From the NCBI GenBank assembly GCA_937958625.1, contig CALGNO010000119.1:3223-67222 (forward strand): a stretch of DNA of 64,000 bases. The letters are read 5' to 3'. Made by a program: the position numbers and the translations under genes. Positions 28,153 to 38,533 of this stretch are shown here, in pieces; position 1 is the first letter of the stretch, and each line of letters begins with the position of its first letter. The notes beneath the pieces are model-generated. The model ran no database searches and was not told the DNA's origin. It worked only from the letters and a program-made list of their open reading frames with translations. This stretch comes from an uncultured Neomegalonema sp. Its GTDB lineage: Bacteria > Pseudomonadota > Alphaproteobacteria > Rhodobacterales > Rhodobacteraceae.

Positions 28153-30791
28153 GGCTGACCGCGATCCGCCTGCATAATGTGCGCAGCTTTGCGGGGCGCG
28201 GCATTGCCATCGACGCGATTGGCGAGGGCGTGAATGTGCTGGCCGAGGCCAATGAATACGGCAAATCCACGATCTTCGACGCCGTCCACGCACTCTTCTT
28301 TCAGTCCCACAAGGGCAAGGGCGGCGCGATCAAGGCGCTGCAACCCTATAGCGGTGGCTCGATCACTGTAGAGGCCGAGGTCGAGACCCCCGAGGGCCGG
28401 TTTCACCTGCGCAAACGCTGGCTCTCGAAGGCGCAGGCAACCGTGGCCGATGCCGCGACCGGGCGGCTGATTGCCCAGGCCGACGAGGCCGACCGCTGGA
28501 TCGACGCCCGGATGCGCGGCGGTGCGGCGGGACCGGCGGGCTTGCTGTGGGTGCAGCAGGGCGCGGTCGAAATGGGCAAGGGCGGCGGCAAGGCGGGCGA
28601 GGCTGAAAAAGCGGCGCGGGAGGATGTGCTGACCTCGGTATCCGGCGAGATCGAGGCCCTGACCGGCGGGCGGCGCATGGCGCAAGTCTTGGCAAAATGC
28701 AGCGCCGAACTTGATCCGCTGGTGACCGCCACGGGCAGGCAAAAAGCCGGTGGCCCTTATGCCGCAGCGCTGCAACATCGGGACGAGTTACAGGCGCGGC
28801 GCGACGAACTGGACGGTATCGTCAACGAGTTGCGCGGCCATCTGGATCAACGGGCGACCGCCCGCCGCCGCCTTGCTGACTTGCAAGAGGCGGACACCGC
28901 CGAGCATGACAGACACGCCCTCGCCGCCGCGACCAAGGCACTGATCGACGCCGAGGCGCAGGCGGAAAAACTGGAGCGCGCCGAACTCGCCGAACGGCTG
29001 GCACGGCAGGAGCAACAGGCGGCAAGCGAGGCCCTTGCCGGGTTCGAAAAGGCACTCGCCGGTATCGCGGCGCTCAAGACGCGCATCGACGGCGAAGCAG
29101 CGGTTTTTACGGAGGCCACCGAGAAACGCGACCGGGGCCGCGCCGCCCGCGATACCGCCGCCGAGGCACTAGGCGCAGCCGACGAGGCCCTGCGCCGCGC
29201 CGATGCAGCGCTCACCGCTGCCCGAAAAGCCGACCTCGCCCGCGCCGCTGCCGCCCGACTGTCCGAACGTCGCCAGACCTTGACCGGTGCCGAAACCGCC
29301 GCGCGGGAGGCGGATGAGGCGCGGGCGCAGGCGACGGCGCTCGATGTGCCCAAGGCAGACTTAACGCGCCTTGATGGTTTGACCGACGAGGTCGCCACCC
29401 TGACCGCCGAGCAGCGGGCAAGTTCGGCCTCGATCCGCATCGCCTATGCCGGGCCCGATGCGCCGCGTATCCGGCGGGATGGTGCGGTGGTGCCCGATGA
29501 TGAACCGATGGCGATCGAGGGCACAGCGCGTTTTGACATCGACGGCGTCGGGGCGCTGACCGTTTCCTCCGGTGCAGGTTCAGCGTCGGGCGCGGTGCAG
29601 CAAAACCTTGCCCGCGCAAGGCAGGGACTTGCTGATCTGCTGACGAAAATCGGCGTTCCTACACCCGATGCCGCCCGCACGCGCGCGCGGAAAGCCGATG
29701 GGCACCGCCATGCCGCCGACCTCGCCACCACCCGCCTTGAAACCCTCGCGCCGAAGGGTCTCGATGCCCTGCGGACGGAGGTTGCCGCCTTGGCGGCGCA
29801 GGCCGAGGAAATGCCGGAATCAGCGGAGCCGGTCGAGACCCTCGCCGAGCGCCATCGTCTGGCGGGCGATGCCCGCGCCCGCGCGGAAGCGCAGAGAGAT
29901 GCTGCGCAGACGGCGCTCAATACCCTTGAGCGGGGATTGGTCGAGAGCGAAACTAACCTCGCCCGCTCGCGTGAGGCGCTTCAGCGCGATGAAACCGCCG
30001 CGGGCGAGGGTGGCGACCCCGACGCGCGGCGCGCTGCGTTGACCCAGGCCAGCGCGGAGACGGCGCGGGCGTTTGACGTCGCTAAGAGTGCCGCCGATGC
30101 GTTGCGCGCGCAGACCCCCGACCTTATCACCCTGCGCGCCGCAAAGGCCCGCGCCGAAAGCGTGCTGACCCGCAGCCGCGCCGAGACAGAGAGCCTTGGC
30201 CGGACCATCAGCGAACTCGATGGCCGCATCGGCACCCGTGCCGAGCAGGGCGTCGAGGAAGAACTGGCCGAAGTCGAAGGCCGCCTTTCCCGCGCCGCTG
30301 ACCATGTCGCCGGACTGGAAACGGAAATCGCCGCGCTCCAGCGTCTCAAGACCGTGCTGACCGACGCACGGGCGCAGGCCAAGGAGCATTTTTTCGAACC
30401 GGTCATGGCCGAACTCCGCCCGCTGCTATCGCTCGTTTTCGGAGATGCCGTCGTGACGTTCGATGAGACGACCCTGCTGCCGGTTTCGGTTGAACGCGGC
30501 GGCGAGGTGGAAAAATTCGATGTGCTCAGCGGTGGGATGCGCGAGCAGATAACGATCCTGACCCGCCTCGCCTTTGCCCGCCTGCTGGCCCAGGACGGGC
30601 GCACGGTGCCGGTCATTCTCGACGATGCGCTGATCTATTCCGATGATGCGCGGATCGAGCGGATGTTCGATGCCTTGCACCGGCAGGCCACCGACCTGCA
30701 AATCCTCGTCTTCACCTGCCGCCAGCGCGCCTTCCGCGCCCTTGGCGGGCGAGAGATGCAGGTGGCGGCATGGTCGCCGGAGGATGGTTGA
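28149..30791 (+). CDS. SbcC/YhaN-like AAA/SMC-type ATPase with long coiled coil
   Basis: ATGA overlap with the phosphoesterase gene. N-terminal Walker A (LAEANEYGKSTIFDA), about 600 aa of Ala/Arg/Glu-rich coiled coil, then a C-terminal LSGGMREQ signature and VPVILDDALIYSDD Walker B. Confidence 0.8.
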   Translation: MRLTAIRLHNVRSFAGRGIAIDAIGEGVNVLAEANEYGKSTIFDAVHALFFQSHKGKGGAIKALQPYSGGSITVEAEVETPEGRFHLRKRWLSKAQATVADAATGRLIAQADEADRWIDARMRGGAAGPAGLLWVQQGAVEMGKGGGKAGEAEKAAREDVLTSVSGEIEALTGGRRMAQVLAKCSAELDPLVTATGRQKAGGPYAAALQHRDELQARRDELDGIVNELRGHLDQRATARRRLADLQEADTAEHDRHALAAATKALIDAEAQAEKLERAELAERLARQEQQAASEALAGFEKALAGIAALKTRIDGEAAVFTEATEKRDRGRAARDTAAEALGAADEALRRADAALTAARKADLARAAAARLSERRQTLTGAETAAREADEARAQATALDVPKADLTRLDGLTDEVATLTAEQRASSASIRIAYAGPDAPRIRRDGAVVPDDEPMAIEGTARFDIDGVGALTVSSGAGSASGAVQQNLARARQGLADLLTKIGVPTPDAARTRARKADGHRHAADLATTRLETLAPKGLDALRTEVAALAAQAEEMPESAEPVETLAERHRLAGDARARAEAQRDAAQTALNTLERGLVESETNLARSREALQRDETAAGEGGDPDARRAALTQASAETARAFDVAKSAADALRAQTPDLITLRAAKARAESVLTRSRAETESLGRTISELDGRIGTRAEQGVEEELAEVEGRLSRAADHVAGLETEIAALQRLKTVLTDARAQAKEHFFEPVMAELRPLLSLVFGDAVVTFDETTLLPVSVERGGEVEKFDVLSGGMREQITILTRLAFARLLAQDGRTVPVILDDALIYSDDARIERMFDALHRQATDLQILVFTCRQRAFRALGGREMQVAAWSPEDG

Positions 30792-31562
30792 CTACCGCAG
30801 GTCCACCACCAGCGCCGTGACATTGTCCGATGCGCCGCGCTCCAGCGCGAGATCAATCATCACACGGCACGCGGCATCGGCGTCGCGTTGTTGCAGCATG
30901 ATCTGCAAAATCTCCGGGTCCGATACCATGCGGGTCAGGCCATCGGAGCAGAGCAGATAGCGGTCGCCGTTTTTCAGGTCGATGGTCTCGAAATCGAGGT
31001 CGAGTTCTTCCGCCGCACCGATGGCGCGGGTCAGGACATGGGCGTGGGGATGATCCTCGGCGTCCTCGCGCTTTAGCAGACCGGCATCGACCAGTTCTTC
31101 GACAACCGAGTGATCCTTGCTCAGTTGTTCGATCCGTTGGTTGCGCACGCGATAGGCGCGGCTGTCCCCGGCCCAGACGATGATGCCCTGGGTCTCCAGC
31201 GCCAGCATACAAATGACCGTGCTGCCGATGGCCGTGCTGCCATCGCTGGCGGCGGCGGATTGCAGAACCCGGTTCGCATCCTCCAGCCGCGCGACGACGT
31301 CGTGCATCAGCTGGCGCGGCAAGGCCCACGGGCGCACATGGTTCAGATAGCTGACGACCGTTTCGCTGGCATAATCGCCCCGCGCGTGCCCGCCCATGCC
31401 GTCGGCCACGGCCCAGAGGCACAGGCGACGACGGATGATGTAGTTATCCTCGTTTACCTTGCGCACGGTGCCGACATCACTGATGCCCGCGCAGGAGATA
31501 TCGAAATTCGTGCGCGGCATATCGCCGGTCTGGGTCGTCGGCAGATCAAAGCTCATGCGCAT
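30792..31562 (-). CDS. pppA: PP2C-family Ser/Thr phosphatase, T6SS-associated
   Basis: Motifs VRKVNEDNY...AVADGMGGHARGDYAS...LLCSDGLT...DNVTALVV. Last gene of the minus T6SS operon. Start overlaps tagF, and the exact start (31562, 31556 or 31520) is uncertain. Confidence 0.85.
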   Translation of the reverse strand: MRMSFDLPTTQTGDMPRTNFDISCAGISDVGTVRKVNEDNYIIRRRLCLWAVADGMGGHARGDYASETVVSYLNHVRPWALPRQLMHDVVARLEDANRVLQSAAASDGSTAIGSTVICMLALETQGIIVWAGDSRAYRVRNQRIEQLSKDHSVVEELVDAGLLKREDAEDHPHAHVLTRAIGAAEELDLDFETIDLKNGDRYLLCSDGLTRMVSDPEILQIMLQQRDADAACRVMIDLALERGASDNVTALVVDLR

Positions 31563-32217
31563 CGCCCCCCGTAACCAAGCGCGCGAAAAGCGCGTCCGTG
31601 GCCGTTCCGTATTGCGTCACGCCCTGGGCCGATCCGTCGATGCCGCCAAGGGCGATCCATGCGCCATCTCCGGCTTGCGGTTCGTCGTCGGACAGGTCCA
31701 GATCCATGCCGGTATCGGCAATCGGCTCGCCCTCGGCATTGACCGATAATGGTCCGATGCCGGGCGTGCTTGCCAATTGATGCGCAGTGCCCTTGCCGCG
31801 CAGGGGGGCCGGATCGTCGATGGCGCGGGCGAGGGCGTCCGTCGTGGCCTCGGGGTCGAGGGCGGCAAGCACCGCCGCCTCCACCCGCTCGAACCACGGC
31901 GTCAGCGCGCCGCAAGCCGCCATCGGCGTGACGCCCTCGGTCAATTCGGTGACGACGGCAAAGGGAAACAAGCGCCCGACCTTGTCCATGCTGGGGCAAA
32001 ACACCCCGGCTACGGGAGCATCGCCGAAAACGTGATCGGCGACGGCGAAACGCCAGATCGGCGAGGTCAGGAACGTATCGGCAAAGCCCGCATGACCGCG
32101 GCACGCCGCCAGCCCGCTCTCGGCCCATTCGCTCCATTTCTGGCAGGCCCGCAAAGACCCGCCCCCTTGGACGAAATCGCCGTAGGCTGGCAGCTTTCCG
32201 GTATATCCGATTTGCAT
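31546..32217 (-). CDS. tagF: T6SS-associated protein TagF (DUF2094)
   Basis: N-terminus IGYTGKLPAYGDFV is the TagF hallmark (GxxGKLPxxGDF). Position is directly after tssM. Confidence 0.8.
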   Translation of the reverse strand: MQIGYTGKLPAYGDFVQGGGSLRACQKWSEWAESGLAACRGHAGFADTFLTSPIWRFAVADHVFGDAPVAGVFCPSMDKVGRLFPFAVVTELTEGVTPMAACGALTPWFERVEAAVLAALDPEATTDALARAIDDPAPLRGKGTAHQLASTPGIGPLSVNAEGEPIADTGMDLDLSDDEPQAGDGAWIALGGIDGSAQGVTQYGTATDALFARLVTGGDAHEL

Positions 32218-32231
32218 GGTCCCGCCCCCCC

Positions 32232-35200
32232 TTACAGCGAAGCCGGACAGCGGAAGGCCGCCATGGCATCGCGCAGCGCGAGCGGGTTGTTCGACGAGCG
32301 CATCCTCAGTTCCAGCGTGGCCGAGCGCCCGCCGAGGGCGATGCGGATGCGGCCCCGTGCGCCGCCCTCCCGGGCGCGGAAGCCGAGTTCATCGACCAGA
32401 TAAAAGAGACCCCAGGTGCCGGGTTTGCCGTTCGTCAGTTCCTTGGTCTCCGGCGCGCCCGTTTCCGGGTTGATGAAGTCGGATACCGCCAGGGAGGCGG
32501 TGGCCCCGTTCGCGGCCTGCACTCCCGGCCATTCGAGCGGTTTAGGGGTCTCGTCGACACTGGCAAAGCGGGCTGAGACGCCGCCGACATTCAGGCCGAC
32601 GCCCCCGACGCCATCGTCGAGCGTGATCGGGTAGACGGTGAATTTCATCGTCGGTTCGCGCGACCCGTTCGGATAGAGCGCATCGCGCAGCACGGCGGCT
32701 TGTTCAAAGAAATACAGTCGGTCCTGCGCCATACCGAGCGCCGCGCCAACGCCGGGTCGCCAGCGCCAGGGCGAGACGGTAGTGTTGACGTATTGCGCCA
32801 GCTCGCGCTGGAAAAACCCGTCGATGGCACCGTTCGGTCCCAGCACGGCGGTCATGTCCCCTTGGGGAATTTCCACGCCATTACCAAAGGGGAAACGCCC
32901 GTGCAGCAGGTCACGGCATTGGGGATAGGCCGTACTCGACCACGCCTCGGCAATGCGGGCGCGGACACCGGCGGAACTGGTGCTGTCCGCCTGTTCCAGC
33001 ATCTCCATGAAGATCTTTTTGACTGCCGGGGGCGCGTACGCGACATCGTCCTTCAGTTGCTTCGCTTCGGGCGTCGTGGAGAGCAGGCTGATATCCTCGC
33101 CCCCGCGCGCCAGATCGGAAACCTGCGCGTAGAACTCTCGCAGGGCCGCCATGACGCGGGTGGACTCCGCCCCGCGTGTGAAGTCATACAGCGGCTCGAA
33201 CGTGTCTTGGACCGGGCGACCGAATTTGTTTTCTTCGGCGGCGGCGGCGAGGCCGACCTGACCGATGGCGCCAAACTTCGCCAGCACCTTTTGCGACCCA
33301 AGCTGCTTGATCTTCGACATGGCCCGCGAATCCTCGCCGGGCGTCACCGCCAGCCGGGTTTCCTTTGACGCGCTGTCGAGGATGCGTTTCAGCGGCGACG
33401 TGTTCGACGACAGGGCGACAAGAATATCCGCCGCTTGCTGCGCGTTTCCGAATGGAGAGATACGCAGATCTTCCAGCATCGACTGCCAGCGATCGACATA
33501 TTCGTCGTAATAGAGGTCGAACATCTCGCGGGTGATGGTCTCGAGATTCGGCGTCCGCGTTTCCGCGTCATCGACGATCAGCCATGTTTCATCCAGCGCC
33601 GCATTTGCCGCGACACCGGCGCGTTGCAGGAAGAACGCCCAAAAGCCGTCATAGGTGAAAAGGCCGGGAATCGGCTCGTCCAGTGGCTTGCCCGACAGGC
33701 GGACAAACACCTTCTGGGTCGAACCACCCCCGGTACTGACCGGGCTCCATGGCTCCAGCGCAATTGCTTCGGGGCTGGAGCGCAGGCTGCGGAAGGCACG
33801 CTCGGCGATGGTCGTTTGGGCGATGGCTTCGCGGGCCAGCGCCACGGCCTCGTTGTTCAACTCGCGCGGATCGAGAAACTCGTCGGCCAGCATTGCTTCG
33901 AGATGTTCGTCGAGCGCCGTCAGGGTCGCGCCATCGACGATGGGATTATACTGCTCCAGCCAGTCGGCGCTGACCTGATCCTTTACGAACTGCGTGTTGA
34001 GCGGTCCGGCCCCGGCGACCATCAGATAGGTCTTGAGGATCGAATACAGCTCTCCGGGACGGTGCAGGTTCTCTTCGATCAGGCGCTCATAGCGGTACAT
34101 GATCCGCGGACGCAGCAGGTTGTCGAGGGCCGCGTCGTAGGACTGCCCCGCCCGTGCTGCGATCACCTCGGTATCGTCGACCCCGAGGCCAAGCAGCGGG
34201 GCTTCGGCCTCTTCGGATTTCAGGCGCAGGGCCTCCTCGCGCAATTCGGCCAAGGCGGGCAGGATCGACACGAAGTTGTTGTCGTCCACCGGACTGACCG
34301 GCAGGGAGGCGATTTCGGTCTTGTAGTCCTCGATCGCCGTGTTGAAGGACGCGGCCTGGGCCTGATTGTGCTGGTAGACCATGAAAAGGCCACCGGCGAA
34401 GGCCAGCGGAACCAGAATCGACGCGGCAATGGCGGCATAGCGGCCCACCGAGCTCTTGCGCTTCGCCGTCTGGGTGATCAGGCCCTGTTCAGGAAAGACC
34501 ACCTTGCGCAGCAGGTCCGACAGGAAATACGACCGACCCGACCCGCCCATGGTGGCGACGGCGCGTTGCTCGACGCCGAATTCCCGTGCCAGCGTCGCAA
34601 CGAGGCGGTCGACCGGTTGGCCGATCTGGGTCGCCGAGGTGAAATACATCCCGCGGAGCAGCATCGGCTGCGAATAGCGATCCGCGCCGAAGGTCTGGTC
34701 CATAAAGCGCTGGATAACCGGCTTGAGGGTCGAGAACTGGGCGGGAAAGCCGAAGATGCGCGAGCGCGAACCAAGGTCTGCCTCTTCCTGCAACCGGGTG
34801 AAGTGCATCTCGCCCAATTGTTCCAGCAGGTTGTCGAGATCGTCACCGATTCCCGCCAGATTGGCGGGCAGGGTCGCGCCGGGGTCTTGGACGTCGCCGA
34901 GGGGGAAGGTCGTGCCCCAGACCTGCTCGCGCTCTTGCGGACGCATGGACTGGAAAAACTCTGTAAAGCCGATCAACAGGTCGGCCTTGGTGAACATCAC
35001 ATAGACCGGCACCTGCGCCTGCATCCGCTCGCAGACCTCTTGCAGGCGTTGGCGGACGGATTTGGCGTAATCATCCAGTTCCTCGGCGCTGGCGACGGCC
35101 AGATCCTTGACGCTGATCGCGACGATGACGCCGTTGATCGGCTCGCGCGGGCGGTATTTGCGCAGCAGATCGAGAAAGCTGGTCCAGGAGGCGGAATCGA

Positions 35201-35771
35201 CGGTCTTGTCCGAGGTCTGGGTAGTATAGCGCCCCGCCGTGTCGATGAAGACGGCCTCGTTGGTAAAGACCCAGTCGCAATCGCGGGTGCCCGCACCGCC
35301 ATCGATGCTGATCGGCCCATCGCCTTTGCGCAGCGGAAATTCGAGGCCGCAATTCTTCAGGGCCTCGGTCTTGCCCGCCCCGGGAGGGCCGATAAAGATG
35401 TACCACGGGAGTTCATAGATATAGCGAGAGCCGCCGGATTTGCTCTTGAATTTCAGCTTCGACAGGTCGCGCATCGCGCTTGCGAATTTTGCCTGCAGGT
35501 CTTGTTGTTGCGCGCTGATCGCCTCGCCGGTGGGGTCTGGTTCCGGCGCGATTTCGGCGAGCATCGCCTTGTTGCGCTTGCGCCGCCGCCAGTACCAGAT
35601 GCCGACCAGCAACAGATACAGCGCGACCACGACACCGATGATGATCCACATCACCATCCCGTCCAGGAACGGCAACAGACCGCTCAGGAACCAGACGCTG
35701 GCAATGATGATCGCGGCGGCGATAAAGCCGCTGACCGGGGCAAGGGCGAGGAAACTCAGGACTTTACGCAT
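32232..35771 (-). CDS. tssM: T6SS membrane subunit TssM (IcmF)
   Basis: 1179 aa. N-terminal TM helices, Walker A GPPGAGKTE, and IcmF-like middle and C-terminal domains. TAATG overlap with tssL. Confidence 0.92.
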   Translation of the reverse strand: MRKVLSFLALAPVSGFIAAAIIIASVWFLSGLLPFLDGMVMWIIIGVVVALYLLLVGIWYWRRRKRNKAMLAEIAPEPDPTGEAISAQQQDLQAKFASAMRDLSKLKFKSKSGGSRYIYELPWYIFIGPPGAGKTEALKNCGLEFPLRKGDGPISIDGGAGTRDCDWVFTNEAVFIDTAGRYTTQTSDKTVDSASWTSFLDLLRKYRPREPINGVIVAISVKDLAVASAEELDDYAKSVRQRLQEVCERMQAQVPVYVMFTKADLLIGFTEFFQSMRPQEREQVWGTTFPLGDVQDPGATLPANLAGIGDDLDNLLEQLGEMHFTRLQEEADLGSRSRIFGFPAQFSTLKPVIQRFMDQTFGADRYSQPMLLRGMYFTSATQIGQPVDRLVATLAREFGVEQRAVATMGGSGRSYFLSDLLRKVVFPEQGLITQTAKRKSSVGRYAAIAASILVPLAFAGGLFMVYQHNQAQAASFNTAIEDYKTEIASLPVSPVDDNNFVSILPALAELREEALRLKSEEAEAPLLGLGVDDTEVIAARAGQSYDAALDNLLRPRIMYRYERLIEENLHRPGELYSILKTYLMVAGAGPLNTQFVKDQVSADWLEQYNPIVDGATLTALDEHLEAMLADEFLDPRELNNEAVALAREAIAQTTIAERAFRSLRSSPEAIALEPWSPVSTGGGSTQKVFVRLSGKPLDEPIPGLFTYDGFWAFFLQRAGVAANAALDETWLIVDDAETRTPNLETITREMFDLYYDEYVDRWQSMLEDLRISPFGNAQQAADILVALSSNTSPLKRILDSASKETRLAVTPGEDSRAMSKIKQLGSQKVLAKFGAIGQVGLAAAAEENKFGRPVQDTFEPLYDFTRGAESTRVMAALREFYAQVSDLARGGEDISLLSTTPEAKQLKDDVAYAPPAVKKIFMEMLEQADSTSSAGVRARIAEAWSSTAYPQCRDLLHGRFPFGNGVEIPQGDMTAVLGPNGAIDGFFQRELAQYVNTTVSPWRWRPGVGAALGMAQDRLYFFEQAAVLRDALYPNGSREPTMKFTVYPITLDDGVGGVGLNVGGVSARFASVDETPKPLEWPGVQAANGATASLAVSDFINPETGAPETKELTNGKPGTWGLFYLVDELGFRAREGGARGRIRIALGGRSATLELRMRSSNNPLALRDAMAAFRCPASL

Positions 35772-37141
35772 TACTCCAACCCTGTTCTGTCGGACAGAAG
35801 CAACAGTTCTATCCGTCTGTTGAGGGCGCGGCCCTCGGGCGTGGCATTGTCGGCGATGGGATCGCGGGCACCGCGTCCCTCCACCTGCATCCGACTCGGA
35901 TCGTCGATATAATTGACCATCAGATCAGCGGTCGCCTTCGACCGCGCGAGGGACAGCTCGAAATTGCTGGGAAAACGGGCGGTGCGGATCGGGATATTGT
36001 CGGAATAACCGATAACCCGGATGCGCCCCGGTTCGTCGTTCAAGGCCCGGCCCAGCCGTTCCAGCGCCTCGTAGTAGCGTGGCTGTACCTCGGCCCTGCC
36101 GGACCCGAACATCGCCTCCCCGTCCTTGGCGACGGTGTTGATGCGGATCAGGGTTGCGCCGCCGACGGTCTGCGGCGGCTCGATGATGCCATCGGCGATT
36201 TCGGGTTCGAGGAATTGCCGAATCTTCTCCTGCTGCGTCACCACAACCGGCGGTGGGGGAGGCGGCGGCGGCGGGGCGACCTTGGGCGAAGGGCGCACAA
36301 TCGCCACGGTTTCGGTCGGCGGCATCGCGTTGGCGACCTCGACGGCGATAGAGCTTGTGTCGTTGACCAGCAGGGTCGCGCCAAAGAACATCAGCGCGGC
36401 GACCCCGGCGGCGATGGCACCGATCAGCCAGGTTGGAAACAGCGAGCTGAGCTTGCGCCGGGTCGTTTCCTCGCCCTCCCACCGTACCGACAGGCGGTCG
36501 GTGATGCCGCCGCGTTCCTGGTCGATGACACGATAGATGGCCGCGCGTTTGCCTTCGAGTTCGCCGAGCAATTGCTTTTCGCGGCGATAGCGGCCCTGAA
36601 ACCCGAGCGACAGACAGACATACATCAGCTCGATCAGGTTCTTGAACCGCCCGGGATCGCGTTGGGCGGTTTCCAGCAACTCGAAGAACTTGTCACCGCC
36701 ATAGACCTCGCCGTGCAACTCGGAAACCAGTGTCTTGCGCTGCCATCCCGCGTCATAGCCCCAGGGCGAGGACAGGATCACATCGTCGATGGTCGCGCTG
36801 ATGGCATAGCGCGCGACGGTCACCACCTTTTGCGGCTCGCCCGACCCCAGCGCCTCGCGTTCGAAGGTGCGGATCAGGGCCAGCACTTTCTCGCGCAGGG
36901 TATTGATCTCGATGGGCGTGGTCTGACCGCGCAGGTAAACGGCCAGTTCCAGCAGTTCGGCGGCCTCGTTCACCAGCGGGTTGACGCCGACGCTCTCCAC
37001 ATCGATCCCGACCGGTCCCGCCGAGGGCGCGCCGAGGTCCAGCCCGCCGCTTGGTGGCGGGGCGGGTTGCTGCGGTGGCGGCGTGCGCCGACCCCCCGGA
37101 TTGGGGGCGAAGACGGTGCGCGGTGGCTCGTTATCCGCCAT
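35771..37141 (-). CDS. tssL: T6SS TssL (DotU) fused to a C-terminal OmpA-like peptidoglycan-binding domain
   Basis: DotU-like cytoplasmic domain (NPLVNEAAELLELAVYLR...), a TM helix, a poly-Pro linker (APPPPPPPPPVVV), and an OmpA-like end (RIRVIGYSDNIPI...ELSLARSKA...RALNRRIELLL). Confidence 0.87.
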   Translation of the reverse strand: MADNEPPRTVFAPNPGGRRTPPPQQPAPPPSGGLDLGAPSAGPVGIDVESVGVNPLVNEAAELLELAVYLRGQTTPIEINTLREKVLALIRTFEREALGSGEPQKVVTVARYAISATIDDVILSSPWGYDAGWQRKTLVSELHGEVYGGDKFFELLETAQRDPGRFKNLIELMYVCLSLGFQGRYRREKQLLGELEGKRAAIYRVIDQERGGITDRLSVRWEGEETTRRKLSSLFPTWLIGAIAAGVAALMFFGATLLVNDTSSIAVEVANAMPPTETVAIVRPSPKVAPPPPPPPPPVVVTQQEKIRQFLEPEIADGIIEPPQTVGGATLIRINTVAKDGEAMFGSGRAEVQPRYYEALERLGRALNDEPGRIRVIGYSDNIPIRTARFPSNFELSLARSKATADLMVNYIDDPSRMQVEGRGARDPIADNATPEGRALNRRIELLLLSDRTGLE

Positions 37142-37144
37142 CGG

Positions 37145-38491
37145 TCACTCCTTGATTCCCCAAAGATGCAGCTTCAGGTCGGGCAGGTTTTCGGCACAGT
37201 GAATCGCGATACTGCGCCCTTTTTCGATGCCTTTCCATGCCGCCGAGTTCCGGTCGATCTCGAAGTAAGTGTACCCGGCGAGGGGCGGCAGCTCTTGCGG
37301 TTTCATCGACAGGGCGCGAATACGCACGCTGCGGTCGGCGGCGGCGATGAAGTCGCGGATCTCGTCCATCGACCCGATGGTGATCTGGCGCGGGAACCGA
37401 GTGCGGAAATCGTCCTCGTCCATCGACGCCCTCGAGATAATGACCAGCCGTCCCTTTGCCAGAACCTCTGCATCGGGGATCGGGCCGAACCAGACCCCTG
37501 CCTTGGAATATTTCAGCGGGATTTCGGCGGCCTTGCGCTCGCCAATATCGGCAAGGGCATTGCGGATCGTCTCGATCACCGGCGCAAAGCAGGCCGCGAT
37601 ATTGTCGTGGTCATAGCGCGGGAAGTTCGGTGCCCGGCGCGAGCCTTGGGAGGTGAATGTCACCAACTCCGCCGCCAGTTCCACCGATGCCCGATAGATC
37701 ATCTCGGGGTGATGCACCTGCGCATCGCGGATTTCAGCGAACAGCGCACCCTTGGCATTGGCAACGCGCAACAGCAGAAAGTCAGCGGGCACACTTTCCG
37801 CCGCCGTTCCCCCGGCAGATGAGAGCGTTGCCGCGATTCCTTCGGCGCGGGCCGATAGCAGCGAAGCGATCTCCTCGACCAGCCCGGTCAGCGTCGCCGA
37901 CGCGTCGCAGCGGGTGACGGTGGGGATGAAATCGTTGTCGAGCACGACATTGCGGTCCGTGCCGACCTCGCGAATCCGGGCGACGGGCAGGCGGACATAA
38001 CCGGGGCGTTCTTCCGAGCCGATTTCGAGGCGCGCATTCGTGGTGCCGACCTCGATCTCGATCGGCTGCGCACCATCGGTCATTGCGTCCTGTACCGGGC
38101 CATCCTCGATGATATAGCGCGTGCCAGGAGCGGTTCCGTCGCCGCTCCGGCGGGCACCGATGCGGCTGCCCCGCGCCAGTTCCGGCGCGATCAGATAGAC
38201 GGTTTCCCCCGTCGTATCCTTCGGCACCTCAATCGAGGGGGCCGCGCCAAGCTCGCCGGGAAAGGCGAATACGGCGGAATCCGAGAACGCCCCGGTGCAT
38301 TTCGCCAGCGTCACCCGCCCGGATTTCAGCGCCGCCTCGTCCAGCACCACCTGCGAAAAACCCCAGTGAAACGGCTGTGCCATCGCCGAGCGTTCGGCAA
38401 GGGCCGAGGCAAAATGGCGGTCCTGTTGCTGGAAGTGTTGGGGCCGGAGGAACATTCCCTCCAACCACATGACCCGTCTTTCGATACTCAC
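37145..38491 (-). CDS. tssK: T6SS baseplate subunit TssK
   Basis: N-terminus VMWLEGMFLRPQHFQQQDRHF is the canonical TssK start. GTG start preceded by GGGGGTAGAGGG. Confidence 0.92.
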   Translation of the reverse strand: MSIERRVMWLEGMFLRPQHFQQQDRHFASALAERSAMAQPFHWGFSQVVLDEAALKSGRVTLAKCTGAFSDSAVFAFPGELGAAPSIEVPKDTTGETVYLIAPELARGSRIGARRSGDGTAPGTRYIIEDGPVQDAMTDGAQPIEIEVGTTNARLEIGSEERPGYVRLPVARIREVGTDRNVVLDNDFIPTVTRCDASATLTGLVEEIASLLSARAEGIAATLSSAGGTAAESVPADFLLLRVANAKGALFAEIRDAQVHHPEMIYRASVELAAELVTFTSQGSRRAPNFPRYDHDNIAACFAPVIETIRNALADIGERKAAEIPLKYSKAGVWFGPIPDAEVLAKGRLVIISRASMDEDDFRTRFPRQITIGSMDEIRDFIAAADRSVRIRALSMKPQELPPLAGYTYFEIDRNSAAWKGIEKGRSIAIHCAENLPDLKLHLWGIKE

Positions 38492-38533
38492 CCTCTACCC
38501 CCGGTATTCCAGCGACCAAGTCGCCGTGATCGC

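Noticed and set aside
33435-35912. 825-aa plus-strand ORF
   Set aside because: It is antisense to tssM, whose translation has clear Walker A and IcmF motifs. The product is Arg/Gly/Asp-rich low-complexity sequence.
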